This document shows positions 48,241 to 57,401 of a stretch of 64,000 bases of DNA, in pieces. The stretch covers positions 101,223-165,222 of the forward strand of contig JAIELP010000008.1 in assembly GCA_019752925.1 (NCBI GenBank). The letters run 5' to 3'. The notes under the pieces were generated by a model, which worked only from the letters and a program-made list of their open reading frames with translations, made no database searches and was not told the origin of the DNA. The stretch comes from a bacterium (GTDB taxonomy: Bacteria > Bdellovibrionota > Bdellovibrionia > Bdellovibrionales > Bdellovibrionaceae). Position 1 is the first letter of the stretch; each line of letters starts with the position of its first letter. Both the position numbers and the translations under genes were made by a program.

Positions 48241-49640
48241 CCTTGAAGTGGGCTAATAAATAGACCACCGTACTTCTGTAATGCTCCCCCAATACTTGGA
48301 CAAATATAATATTTATAGGAAGCATTCGGAGCTGCAGTTAAAGAAAAAATAGCCTCAGAACCCGATACTTTTGATCCGCCAAGAGCTAAAGCTTCTTCAG
48401 TGAAACCTTCAGCAGATAATGCGGTTGCATCGCAAGTTAATTCTTTACTTGTAATCGCGCCATTCTTGCTGAATAAACGTAGACCATCAAATCCACCGGC
48501 AACAAATGTACCGGGTAAGGTGCGGAATGAAAATGTATTTCCCGCCGCGCGATACTTGGTAAAATCAGAACTTGATGTACCAATGTAGGTAAAAGAACCT
48601 TCGATTGATTTAGCATTGTCGTTGCCAAGTCCTGCATGCTGGAAGTGATCAATATCAATTCGGTTGGACGAATATCTTTGAGTGACTAATGTAGGACTGA
48701 TACACAAACCTGTACCATTCTCAACTCCGCCTTCTAATAAAATGGTATTGGACGCCAATACACCGTTAACAACGAAACTCATATCAGACGGCCCTGCTGA
48801 GCTGGTCGACATATTGTTTAAAGCTGTGGTGCCCGTGGGTTGCCGGCAAACAACTTCACTACTCACTGCAGGACCAAAAAATCCGTACACTATATTCTGC
48901 ATTTTTGAAAATTCCCATGTACCACGAAACTCATAGTGGTCCGGACGCTCCACATGCACCACATGATTACTTGTAGCAAAGTCATCGGTGGTTACATCGG
49001 TAAATAAATCACTTCCGTTTTCAAGAGTGTAGGTCATTGGAAAATTTGTTGAGGCCATAAAGTCAAACCAGCCATTGATGATAGGCTGTTTTTGCATAAT
49101 AAAATCATCTGCCCCTTTAAACGGAGATACTTTCACATTAACAAAACCTGTAGGTCCGGTGTTTGTGCCGGTGAGGTAACGCCCCACTAAATTTGCATGT
49201 TCAAAATCGCCCAAATAATCAATATTCATGTTAAGCGTAACTTCAGCACCTTCAATATCAACTGTTTTACTGGCGTAATAAAACTTAACCGTTTCATCAG
49301 TTGTAAAATCCATATAAGCACCTAAAACGGCAATTTTTCTTTGCTTGCCCGGAGGTACTAAGACTTCAATAGTACCATCTATGGAGGTACCCGACTCACG
49401 GAATTCAGGATGTGATTTACCCTCTACTATTGTTTTCATTGAATCCGCACTTACGTTCACACCCAGATGTTTAAGGCACGTAGTGCACGATAAAGCTCCT
49501 GCTTTTTTACTCATGTCACTGCTCATGGAAATCGAAACTTTCGACATATTATCGTTGGCACGATTGCATGATGAAAATGCAAAGATACTAAATAGCAAAA
49601 TAAAGAAAATCTGGATGTGGTTATTGAAAATTTTTGTCAC
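46773..49640 (-). CDS. Large lipoprotein with C-terminal seven-bladed FG-GAP (integrin-alpha-like) propeller
   Basis: GTG start, lipobox FSSC; 7 repeats AYIKAxN...FG..VA.SG.T.VVGA...SGAVYVF. Confidence 0.85.
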   Translation of the reverse strand: MTKIFNNHIQIFFILLFSIFAFSSCNRANDNMSKVSISMSSDMSKKAGALSCTTCLKHLGVNVSADSMKTIVEGKSHPEFRESGTSIDGTIEVLVPPGKQRKIAVLGAYMDFTTDETVKFYYASKTVDIEGAEVTLNMNIDYLGDFEHANLVGRYLTGTNTGPTGFVNVKVSPFKGADDFIMQKQPIINGWFDFMASTNFPMTYTLENGSDLFTDVTTDDFATSNHVVHVERPDHYEFRGTWEFSKMQNIVYGFFGPAVSSEVVCRQPTGTTALNNMSTSSAGPSDMSFVVNGVLASNTILLEGGVENGTGLCISPTLVTQRYSSNRIDIDHFQHAGLGNDNAKSIEGSFTYIGTSSSDFTKYRAAGNTFSFRTLPGTFVAGGFDGLRLFSKNGAITSKELTCDATALSAEGFTEEALALGGSKVSGSEAIFSLTAAPNASYKYYICPSIGGALQKYGGLFISPLQGKQYSQSAYIKAVNADPSDLFGYRVAMSGNTVAVTAKQEASNQITITNGSAASANNANSNAGAVYVYLKSPSWAQEAYIKASNSEASDFFGLAIDIDADTLVVGAPNEDSNQLTIINGPSSSSDNSSTDSGAVYVYKRTGATWVQEAYIKAPNAGASDFFGTSVAISGDTLVVGAKGESSSQNTITNGSTASADDAAIASGAVYVFKRTGATWVQEAYIKAPNVGGGDNFGTSVDIQGDTIVASSLFEDSNQASITNGSTANSDDSLSNSGAVYIFKRTGTNWAQESFIKPSNSTTSLNFGYDVAISGNSIAVSATQESSSQNFISHGTTASPSVGLTFSGAVYVFSRDGVNWSQEAYIKASNATASAAFGSSLAFYKDRLVVGATNESSAQTSPIAGINSSNDTTASGAGAVYVYQRYGSYWSPINYIKSSNMEAGDILGQDVAIDGSVIAVGAFSEDSNQVTITNGSMASPDNSSGNSGAVYVFTEN

Positions 49641-49715
49641 AACAATATATCGGATTTAATTGAATCGCGCTTGAATCGTATAAGCTTAAAACGTTTCAGA
49701 AAGATACGCTTTACT

Positions 49716-50678
49716 TTAGATGGGATCGTAATTGGTCTGAATACGTTGATGAATGGCCTGACGAGCTTTTTCGATTTGTTCTTCAGTGGGCATTTTTCCG
49801 TATTTTTCATTATAGGATTCAATGTATTTATCAAGAGCACCGATTTCTTTTTGCATTAATTGATCTACCTGTGCCATATCGTGCGCGGTTTGAGATAGGG
49901 GGGCTAAAATCTGTTGCGCTTGCTCTTGTCCTATTTTCATCTGCTCCACGTAATATGAATGGGTCATATAGGGAACCACAGTAAATAGCGATATAACCAC
50001 TGCATAATTGTAAACTTTTGAAAATTTATTGAAGAAGTCGCGACCTTTGATTTGTGGCATATACTTTTCAACTTCGCTGCGATGTACATTTAAACCTTCT
50101 AGTAATATTTTATGGGCTAATTCGGGAGGAAGTGCGTTTCCCACAAGCTTTGGCATCAACATCCAGGCCGTGGCCCAACGCCAGTACTTCCAACTGGTGG
50201 CTTGTGAAAAACCGTAACCAAATTTCTGAAAAAAACCCTTTCGCTCTTTATCAAGGCCAAAATGTTTAATAATACCATCGGCAACCAGGGCGCGGCGCGA
50301 CTCAGCCAGTACCGATTTCTCATAGGAAGTTAGTTTTTTACCATAGTCGGCATTGGCGTCGATAGTTTCAGCTAAAGCCAATTTTTCAAGCTTGTATACA
50401 AACTGCGATAGTTCGTATTGATCAAAGCTCTGCCCGTTTTTTTCCAGATTACGGAACATTCTTTTTAACTTAAATAATTTAAAGCTGCGGACAACAAATG
50501 AAGATTGAAGTATGTTTTCGTCAACGGCTTTTACAAATAACTGTTCTGAGTATTTTTCGTTGATTGTATTTAATATTTCAATAGCACTCTGACGTTCAAA
50601 AAGAGCTAAGCACTTAGGGGCCGCCTGAGTGCTTAGTGTTAAAAACAAAAATGAGAGCGCAAAGAAATACTTAAGCAT
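49716..50678 (-). CDS. Hypothetical exported protein with internal TM segment
   Basis: Signal peptide, APKCLALF, hydrophobic YAVVISLFTVVPYM. Confidence 0.7.
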   Translation of the reverse strand: MLKYFFALSFLFLTLSTQAAPKCLALFERQSAIEILNTINEKYSEQLFVKAVDENILQSSFVVRSFKLFKLKRMFRNLEKNGQSFDQYELSQFVYKLEKLALAETIDANADYGKKLTSYEKSVLAESRRALVADGIIKHFGLDKERKGFFQKFGYGFSQATSWKYWRWATAWMLMPKLVGNALPPELAHKILLEGLNVHRSEVEKYMPQIKGRDFFNKFSKVYNYAVVISLFTVVPYMTHSYYVEQMKIGQEQAQQILAPLSQTAHDMAQVDQLMQKEIGALDKYIESYNEKYGKMPTEEQIEKARQAIHQRIQTNYDPI

Positions 50679-50687
50679 TCTTTACAA

Positions 50688-51548
50688 CTATTTTAACGAT
50701 GCTTTAAGGTTAGCTTGAGTTACTCTTAAGTTAGATAAAATAGCATCCAATTGAGCTTGAGAATCTTTTCCGGCCATACCTGCTACTGTTGAAAGTAATG
50801 TTGCTATATTGGTAGAACCTAAAGCCTGCATACCTTGTTTTTTAGTTTTCGCTGCATGTCCTAGCATTGTAGGAGCTTTATTTGATACAACCTCTTTTAA
50901 CTTTTTAGGTAAAAATGGTGCAGCATAGTTTAATGCTAATGTAACAACAGCCACAATCGCTAAATCTGTCTGTCCGCTGTCGATAGTTCTTTTGATATCA
51001 TTCATACGACTGTCTAATTCGGAATTGATCTGAGCGATTTGTGCTACTGCGCCGGAAATTAAAGCAGCATCTTCTTTACTAACTGCACCTGAAATTGAGT
51101 TCACTAAATCCTGCTGGTTTTTAGTTAAAAGATCTCTGACTTCATTCATGTCGATTTTTTGTGTAGAAACATACTTTTCTAGAGCTGTAGACAAAACACC
51201 TGCTACTGCTGCTAAAGTTAATTCAATAGACGACTGAGCCTGAACGTTTTTCATGTGAATCGCCGTACTACCTAAACCCAAAATAGTAATCATTAATCGG
51301 GCTGCATTTACGAAAGCATTTTGTTTTTCGCCTTGACTAGTGGTTCTGTATGTTTCAATAGATTTAATTAAAGCCGTAACTTGTAAAAGATTACGCTCCA
51401 TTTCTTTGGATTGAGCAGACAGACTCTGATCTATCAGAGATTCGTCAATTTTTACCGCCTGTGCTTGGTTGTAAGCGTGGGCTGAAAATCCCACTGTATT
51501 TGTTAAAAGAACAGTTGATAAAACTAATGCAATATTTTTAGATTTCAT
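50688..51548 (-). CDS. Hypothetical exported helical/coiled-coil protein with hydrophobic hairpins
   Basis: Signal peptide, SD AAGGAG, heptad-like segments and three Gly/Ala-rich hydrophobic stretches. Confidence 0.75.
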   Translation of the reverse strand: MKSKNIALVLSTVLLTNTVGFSAHAYNQAQAVKIDESLIDQSLSAQSKEMERNLLQVTALIKSIETYRTTSQGEKQNAFVNAARLMITILGLGSTAIHMKNVQAQSSIELTLAAVAGVLSTALEKYVSTQKIDMNEVRDLLTKNQQDLVNSISGAVSKEDAALISGAVAQIAQINSELDSRMNDIKRTIDSGQTDLAIVAVVTLALNYAAPFLPKKLKEVVSNKAPTMLGHAAKTKKQGMQALGSTNIATLLSTVAGMAGKDSQAQLDAILSNLRVTQANLKASLK

Positions 51549-51591
51549 GAAATCTCCTTATTTATTAATGTTTTTCAAACGAAACCTAACA

Positions 51592-51607
51592 AGCACGAAG
51601 TGTTCCA
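51592..51607 (-). promoter_or_regulatory. Sigma54-like -24/-12 promoter candidate
   Basis: Minus strand TGGAACACTTCGTGCT = GG-N10-GC, ~44 nt upstream of ATG 51548. Confidence 0.4.
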
Positions 51608-51757
51608 TAGTGAAAATCAATATAGCCGCCGCCATTGTCTTAACTTTAGACAGTGATGATAAAAAACGTCGTTTAGAAGACTTTAAAAAGCCTAAAGCGC
51701 ATACATTTAAGTTAAAAGTGAGCTGGGCTGGCCCAAAGTTTGTACTTATCAATATAT

Positions 51758-53245
51758 ATGAAGCAATTCTATATTGTTCTATTTTTAGTTTTATCAGTAA
51801 TACAGGCCAATGCCGACAAACTGGTATTACTTAATAACAATATAGATTCTTTGCGTGCCCGAGTGGATTATATCCAAAATGCTAAAAAAGAAATACGAGT
51901 TCAATATTTTTCAATCGATAATGATGTAATTTCATTCACAACTTTAGCCCTACTTCGCGATGCAGCTAGCCGCGGAGTAAAAATTAAAATTTTAGTAGAT
52001 TCTATGCATAACTCTATGAAGCCTGAAACTATGGCGGCATTAATCATGGCACTTCATCCTGAAGTAACAGCTAATATCGAAATTAAAGTTTATAATCCGT
52101 TTAATTTATTCCGGATGTTTCGTTACACCAAACGTATGCACGACAAAAGCCTGATCATCGACAACGAGGCTTTAATTTCCGGAGGGCGCAATATTGGAAA
52201 TGGCTACTTTGGCCGTTATCATAAAACCAAGGGCTCTGCTACTTTACCTATATTTGAAGACAGCGATGTTTTAATTTTAGAGAGTCCGGCAATCAATACT
52301 GCTACTCAATATTTTGATGATCTTTGGGGTTCTAAGTTTGTTTCAGATGTAGCACTTTACAATTATTCTAAAGACAACTTGGCTCCAGATTATTGTCGTT
52401 ATAACCAATCAGGAGAGGGTCAAAATACTTATCAATGTGAAGAAAACCAACGTCACCACAAAAAACAGGTTCAAGACGAAGAAAGAAAATTTCACAAGTT
52501 TATTGCACAATATAAAAATACGCAGGCCAGTGAAGGGTATTACCCACTTGATTGGAAAACCGCATCAATAGAAGTTGATGAGATTGAGTTTTTACATGAT
52601 GACGTTAAAACTCAGAACTCAAGCCTTGATAAACCTGAAAAAAACATTGCGGCTCGCCTGTATAGCCTGATCGCCGGAGCTCAAAAAAGAGTGCTCATTG
52701 TAAGCCCTTACCTAGTCATAACACCTGAACAGGAAGCCCTATTTAAAAATTTAAAAGATAAAAATGTTTCAGTACATATTTATACAAATTCAAAAGCATC
52801 AAATGACTCAGCCGCTGCCTATGTAGGTTATGAAAAAACGCGCCACATAGCACTTAATCAAGGCGCAAAAATATTTGAGTATCAAGGGCCTGATACATTA
52901 CATGCAAAAATGGTTCTAGTAGATGATGTGACTTTATTTATAGGATCATATAACTGGGATTTCCGCAGTCAAAACTTAAACCGGGAAGTAGGAGTTATCG
53001 CTAAGCTTCCTGTAAGTGAAGATTTTTCAACAAATATGGTTCTTTATGAAAAAATATCGCGCATTTTTGGAAACTCTTGTGAGTTAAACAGCTCTGCTGA
53101 AAAGTGCTCACCTATTTCAAATATCAACTATGGCGACATTGATGAAGAACAGGTTGAAAAACTTATGGCCATGAGTAAAAAAAGAGAGCAAAGCCGCGCC
53201 GGATTTTTCAGATTCTTCTTTCTATTAATTAAAGAGCAACTATAA
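51758..53245 (+). CDS. Secreted phospholipase D / cardiolipin synthase-like (ClsC/YmdC type)
   Basis: Two HKD motifs, HDKSLIID...GGRN and HAKMVLVD...GSYN; signal peptide from ATG 51758. Confidence 0.9.
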   Translation: MKQFYIVLFLVLSVIQANADKLVLLNNNIDSLRARVDYIQNAKKEIRVQYFSIDNDVISFTTLALLRDAASRGVKIKILVDSMHNSMKPETMAALIMALHPEVTANIEIKVYNPFNLFRMFRYTKRMHDKSLIIDNEALISGGRNIGNGYFGRYHKTKGSATLPIFEDSDVLILESPAINTATQYFDDLWGSKFVSDVALYNYSKDNLAPDYCRYNQSGEGQNTYQCEENQRHHKKQVQDEERKFHKFIAQYKNTQASEGYYPLDWKTASIEVDEIEFLHDDVKTQNSSLDKPEKNIAARLYSLIAGAQKRVLIVSPYLVITPEQEALFKNLKDKNVSVHIYTNSKASNDSAAAYVGYEKTRHIALNQGAKIFEYQGPDTLHAKMVLVDDVTLFIGSYNWDFRSQNLNREVGVIAKLPVSEDFSTNMVLYEKISRIFGNSCELNSSAEKCSPISNINYGDIDEEQVEKLMAMSKKREQSRAGFFRFFFLLIKEQL

Positions 53246-54058
53246 AGAAACAATATCGCCGATTTTGATAATTCCGGTATTGGCCGGTGTTAAATACACT
53301 CCGAACGGAATTTTAGAGCTACCCTCTTTTTTACGGGTTTCAGCTAAAGTAATTAAGGTCTGCTTAGAAACCACTTCGCCGGTTTCAACATCTTTTGTAA
53401 TAACCGGGCAACGACCGCATAATTTTGGATTTTCAAATTTAAGTTCACCGACTGATACAAAAGCAGCTTCGTCTTCAACATAAGCCTGGTCAATACCGCT
53501 TACAATGACATTAGCGCGGAATCTTTCCATAACGCTCGGAGCTTCGCCTTTAGCTGCTAATTTCGCATTAAGATCTTTTAAAGAAGCTTCATTAGCTAAC
53601 AACAAGGGCTTGGAGTCGCTGAACATTGTCTCTTTCACAACTGAAGTGGCTGATGCTCCGATATCACGAAAACTTTGTGATTGATAACGTACTAGCTTTA
53701 CAGTTTTAGATAAAAAGTCTGACAAAGCTTCATTAATACTTTTGTTTTCAATGCCGCCTTTAAAAGTATCTCCCCAGATTGTGACATCTTCGACCTGTTC
53801 GCACTCTTCGGTAAAATCTACTAAAATTTTATTGCTGCCAGCGTATAGATGTAAGTATGGGCCCTGAATAGAAGTTTTAATTTCAGCCAGTTTATTGAAA
53901 GTTCTTAATGTGATGAATTGATTGTTTTCATCCACAATCATCCACTGGCGATCAAATGCAGGGCCGCGAGAGTTGATTTCAAGTTCAGTAACAGAAATGC
54001 CACGGCAAGATTTAACTGGATAAATATATAATCCGCTAACCTTGCCAGTGTATTTCAT
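53240..54058 (-). CDS. MOSC domain protein (YcbX/mARC-like)
   Basis: YPVKSC, DRQWM, RFRANVIV, CGRC, FGVYL. Confidence 0.9.
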   Translation of the reverse strand: MKYTGKVSGLYIYPVKSCRGISVTELEINSRGPAFDRQWMIVDENNQFITLRTFNKLAEIKTSIQGPYLHLYAGSNKILVDFTEECEQVEDVTIWGDTFKGGIENKSINEALSDFLSKTVKLVRYQSQSFRDIGASATSVVKETMFSDSKPLLLANEASLKDLNAKLAAKGEAPSVMERFRANVIVSGIDQAYVEDEAAFVSVGELKFENPKLCGRCPVITKDVETGEVVSKQTLITLAETRKKEGSSKIPFGVYLTPANTGIIKIGDIVSL

Positions 54059-54060
54059 AA

Positions 54061-55029
54061 TTACATCCCTAAGATGTAGTAGAACATCAAGGGAGCTACG
54101 ATAGAAGCGTCTGATTCAACGATAAATTTAGGAGTGTCGATAGCTAATTTACCCCATGTGATTTTTTCGTTAGGTACAGCGCCTGAGTAAGAACCATATG
54201 AAGTGGTAGAATCAGAAATTTGGCAAAAGTAGCTCCATAGCGGAACATCTTCGTAACCTAAGTCTTGAGATAACATCGGAACAACGCAAATTGGGAAGTC
54301 ACCCGCAATACCGCCGCCGATTTGGAAGAAACCAACTTTGTTTTTAGCCGACATCGCTTTGTAAGCTTCAGCCCAGTAGATCATGTAATCGATACCTGAC
54401 TTAACTGTGCGTGAACTTTTGATATCGCCTTTAATGATATGACCAGCAAAGATATTACCAGTTGTTGAATCTTCCCAACCTGGGCAGATAATTGGTAAAT
54501 TCTTTTCAGCAGCTGCTAATAACCAAGAATCTTTTGGATCGATTTGGTAGTGTTTTTTTAATTTACCGCTGAGTAAAATTTTATACATAAATTCATGCGG
54601 GAAGTAGCTCTTACCTTCTTTTTCAGCGGTTTGCCATTCTTCTAATATTGCATCTTCGATACGGCGGATAGCTTCTTCTTCAGGAATACAAGTATCAGTT
54701 ACGCGGTTTAAATGACGCTCTAAAAGTTTTTGTTCATCTTCCGGAGTTAAGTCACGGTAGTTTGGAATACGTACGTAATGATCGTGCGCAACTAGGTTGT
54801 AGATATCTTCTTCTAAGTTAGCACCTGTTGTAGAAATCGCGTGAACTTTTCCTTGGCGGATCATTTCAGCTAATGACAAACCCAACTCAGCAGAGCTCAT
54901 TGCTCCCGCAAGAGTGACTAACATCTTACCGCCGTTATCAACTAGGTCTTTATATGATTTAGCTGCATCTTTTAAAGCCGCTGCATTAAAATGACGATAG
55001 TGATGGTCGATAAACTGCGTAATGTTCAT
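54061..55029 (-). CDS. Deoxyhypusine synthase-like protein (probable homospermidine synthase function)
   Basis: LAGAMSSAELG, TGANLEED, GSYSGA.PNEKITWGK with catalytic Lys; start revised to ATG 55029 with SD GGAGG. Confidence 0.88.
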   Translation of the reverse strand: MNITQFIDHHYRHFNAAALKDAAKSYKDLVDNGGKMLVTLAGAMSSAELGLSLAEMIRQGKVHAISTTGANLEEDIYNLVAHDHYVRIPNYRDLTPEDEQKLLERHLNRVTDTCIPEEEAIRRIEDAILEEWQTAEKEGKSYFPHEFMYKILLSGKLKKHYQIDPKDSWLLAAAEKNLPIICPGWEDSTTGNIFAGHIIKGDIKSSRTVKSGIDYMIYWAEAYKAMSAKNKVGFFQIGGGIAGDFPICVVPMLSQDLGYEDVPLWSYFCQISDSTTSYGSYSGAVPNEKITWGKLAIDTPKFIVESDASIVAPLMFYYILGM

Positions 55030-55070
55030 GGGGAAATCCTCCAAAAATTTTAAGAGTTGAAAACTTACTT

Positions 55071-55211
55071 TTACTGAACTGATTCAGCAAGCTTTTTCTG
55101 AATTTTTGCCTCTTTAGCAAGCTTGTACCAGTGATAGAAGGTAACAGACATAACCGTAACGCCCAAAAGGAAAATAAACAGGGCAAATCCGAAGAAAATT
55201 ACTAAACTCAT
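55071..55211 (-). CDS. Unannotated 46-aa single-pass membrane protein
   Basis: MSLVIFFGFALFIFLLGVTVMSVTFYHWYKLAKEAKIQKKLAESVQ; ATGA overlap with the tcdA stop; fills the tcdA-dhs gap. Confidence 0.7.
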   Translation of the reverse strand: MSLVIFFGFALFIFLLGVTVMSVTFYHWYKLAKEAKIQKKLAESVQ

Positions 55212-56071
55212 TGGGTTAAAGCCTTCTCTTGGTTGTTAGTGATTTCACGCACAACCCATGAAGCCATGGCTAAACCGAAAGCTCCGGTAACAAAGCCGGC
55301 ATTTCCGTAAATGATTGAACGATGCATACAACCATGAGGGTCCACTTCGCCTTGCGGACAAACGCATTTAAAGCCCTGTCCGTTGTCGTATTTTAATTCA
55401 ATAGGCTGCGCCGGAACTTCATCAGAGAAAACACAAGGTACATCAAACTTTTGGCGCTGACCGCGTGGCCAAGCGTACTCTTGACGTAAAATTTTACGAA
55501 CAGCATGAGATAAAGGATCGATATTAGTTTTTGCTAAGTCGATAATTTTAATACGTGTTGGATCCATTTTACCTGAAGCCCCACCGCTCGTAATAACTTT
55601 AATTCCACGCGTGCGGCATTCGTTTAACAAGTGAGTTTTTGCAGTTAAGTTATCGATAGCATCTAAAACGTAATCTGGTTTTAAAGCCAAGATTTGCTCA
55701 GATGTATCTTTATTGTAAAACAAAGCAACAGATTCAACTTTAATTTGCGGATTAATTTTTTTAATACGTTCAGCCATGACGTTGGCTTTTTTCTGCCCAA
55801 CTAAACCTTGAATAGCATGCAACTGACGATTGGCATTTGTAATACAGATTTCATCATGATCAACGATTGTTAAACGCCCAACACCCGAGCGCGCAATAGC
55901 TTCAGCGGCCCATGAACCTACTCCACCTAAACCAAATACCATCACGTGAGTGTTGAAAAGTTTTTTCATCATTTCATCACCAACTAAACGACCCATACGG
56001 TCAAAACGACGGTGTAAAGTGTAGTTGTCTTCAACGATCTTAAATTCTGGTTTTGTAGATTCAATTTCCAT
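55208..56071 (-). CDS. tcdA: tRNA threonylcarbamoyladenosine dehydratase (ThiF family)
   Basis: GLGGVGSW, DHDEICITNANRQ, DAID, GGASGKMDP, FGLAMAS. Confidence 0.9.
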   Translation of the reverse strand: MEIESTKPEFKIVEDNYTLHRRFDRMGRLVGDEMMKKLFNTHVMVFGLGGVGSWAAEAIARSGVGRLTIVDHDEICITNANRQLHAIQGLVGQKKANVMAERIKKINPQIKVESVALFYNKDTSEQILALKPDYVLDAIDNLTAKTHLLNECRTRGIKVITSGGASGKMDPTRIKIIDLAKTNIDPLSHAVRKILRQEYAWPRGQRQKFDVPCVFSDEVPAQPIELKYDNGQGFKCVCPQGEVDPHGCMHRSIIYGNAGFVTGAFGLAMASWVVREITNNQEKALTQ

Positions 56072-56157
56072 GAGGGAAAATGTATAGCAGATAGATATTG
56101 GACTGAAAAGTAATTTAAGAATTATAGGTATTTAGTTCAAGGACAGAGAGACAAAGC

Positions 56158-56190
56158 TCTAAGCGTTTATATCGAATATAAACGCTTAGA
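56158..56190. terminator. Long perfect hairpin, probable terminator
   Basis: TCTAAGCGTTTATAT-CGA-ATATAAACGCTTAGA, 20 nt after the stop at 56210 (minus strand). Confidence 0.65.
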
Positions 56191-56209
56191 TTTATTTAAA
56201 ATGAGTGTT

Positions 56210-57397
56210 TTACTGGCAATCTTCCAAATTCATGTAAACGCTGATTTTTTTAACCTGCATAATCTCAGAAGCCTGAGCGGCTGTTAAAGACCCTGATGCG
56301 GTCGTTAACAATGCATTCGTATTAATTCTCAGCTGTGATTCGCCACCGCAGTTAGAGCTTAATACATTTGTTTTTCTCATGATGAATGAACGCTTACCTT
56401 GATTTAATGTCATCGTCTTAGTTTGGATTTTTTGAGAAGAACCTGCCAAGAAAGCTTCAAAACTTAATTTACCTGAAGTTTTAGAAGTATCGCTTAAACC
56501 GCTAACCTGACCTTGAACATCGATTAAAGAAACAACTAATTTTTTACCAGCTGGCAAAGTTACTGGAATTGTTAAGCTACAAGCCTTACGGTCGAAAGCT
56601 TTGTCTGCGTTTACTGATGTGATGTAATCGTAGAAAGAGATTTCAAAAGAGTTATTAGCTAAATTTAAATCTGTGAAGAAGCGGTTTGTTCTGTTTACGC
56701 AGCCAGTACCACCCGATTGGATTTTATTACGGTTAACAACAGAAACTAAAGAGTCTTCGTTGATTAATGGAACTAAAGGAACTAAACGAGTGTTCACTTG
56801 TAATTCAACTGGGAAGTCTAAGATTAATTTAGAAATAACATAATTATCATCGTTAACACCGGCGCTGCGTAACATTTCATGTAATACTAAGTAGTATACA
56901 TTACGTTGTTTTTCAAAATGCTCATTCCAAGAATCTGATTGAAGCAAGATTAAGCCCGGAACACCTATCGCATCAACTACGGAACCTGTGTTGTCTATTA
57001 ATAAATCGTTAACAACAGCGATTTTATTGATATCTAAAGTATCTTTTAAATCATTTAAGTTTAAACGTGAATCATTTGCTAAATCCGATTTTTCGATATG
57101 CTCAAGAACTTGCTCACCTATTAAGATGAACTGACCTCTTAAGTAATCACCACCGTTACCCACTTTATGACCTAATAAATCAATACTTTTATCGATTTTA
57201 AATAGGCCGTTAGCATCTTGAATAATTTTAAGATTATCCGGCAATAAATAAGTTTTACCATTGATAGTTAAGGCGTTTTTCTTAACCGGTGACAACACCG
57301 TGGCTGTCTTATTGTTAAGGTCCACATTGAGATCAATTGCATATGCACTTGATGCCAATAAACTTAGGATTAGTGCGGTTTTTAATGCTGCTTTCAT
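56210..57397 (-). CDS. Secreted protein: N-terminal GNGGD/HE-type domain fused to a C-terminal DUF4360-like domain
   Basis: Signal peptide, VGNGGD, LHEMLR; C-terminal SGGTGC...RKACSLTIPV...C pattern shared with 58307..58894. Confidence 0.7.
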   Translation of the reverse strand: MKAALKTALILSLLASSAYAIDLNVDLNNKTATVLSPVKKNALTINGKTYLLPDNLKIIQDANGLFKIDKSIDLLGHKVGNGGDYLRGQFILIGEQVLEHIEKSDLANDSRLNLNDLKDTLDINKIAVVNDLLIDNTGSVVDAIGVPGLILLQSDSWNEHFEKQRNVYYLVLHEMLRSAGVNDDNYVISKLILDFPVELQVNTRLVPLVPLINEDSLVSVVNRNKIQSGGTGCVNRTNRFFTDLNLANNSFEISFYDYITSVNADKAFDRKACSLTIPVTLPAGKKLVVSLIDVQGQVSGLSDTSKTSGKLSFEAFLAGSSQKIQTKTMTLNQGKRSFIMRKTNVLSSNCGGESQLRINTNALLTTASGSLTAAQASEIMQVKKISVYMNLEDCQ

Positions 57398-57401
57398 GGT
57401 T

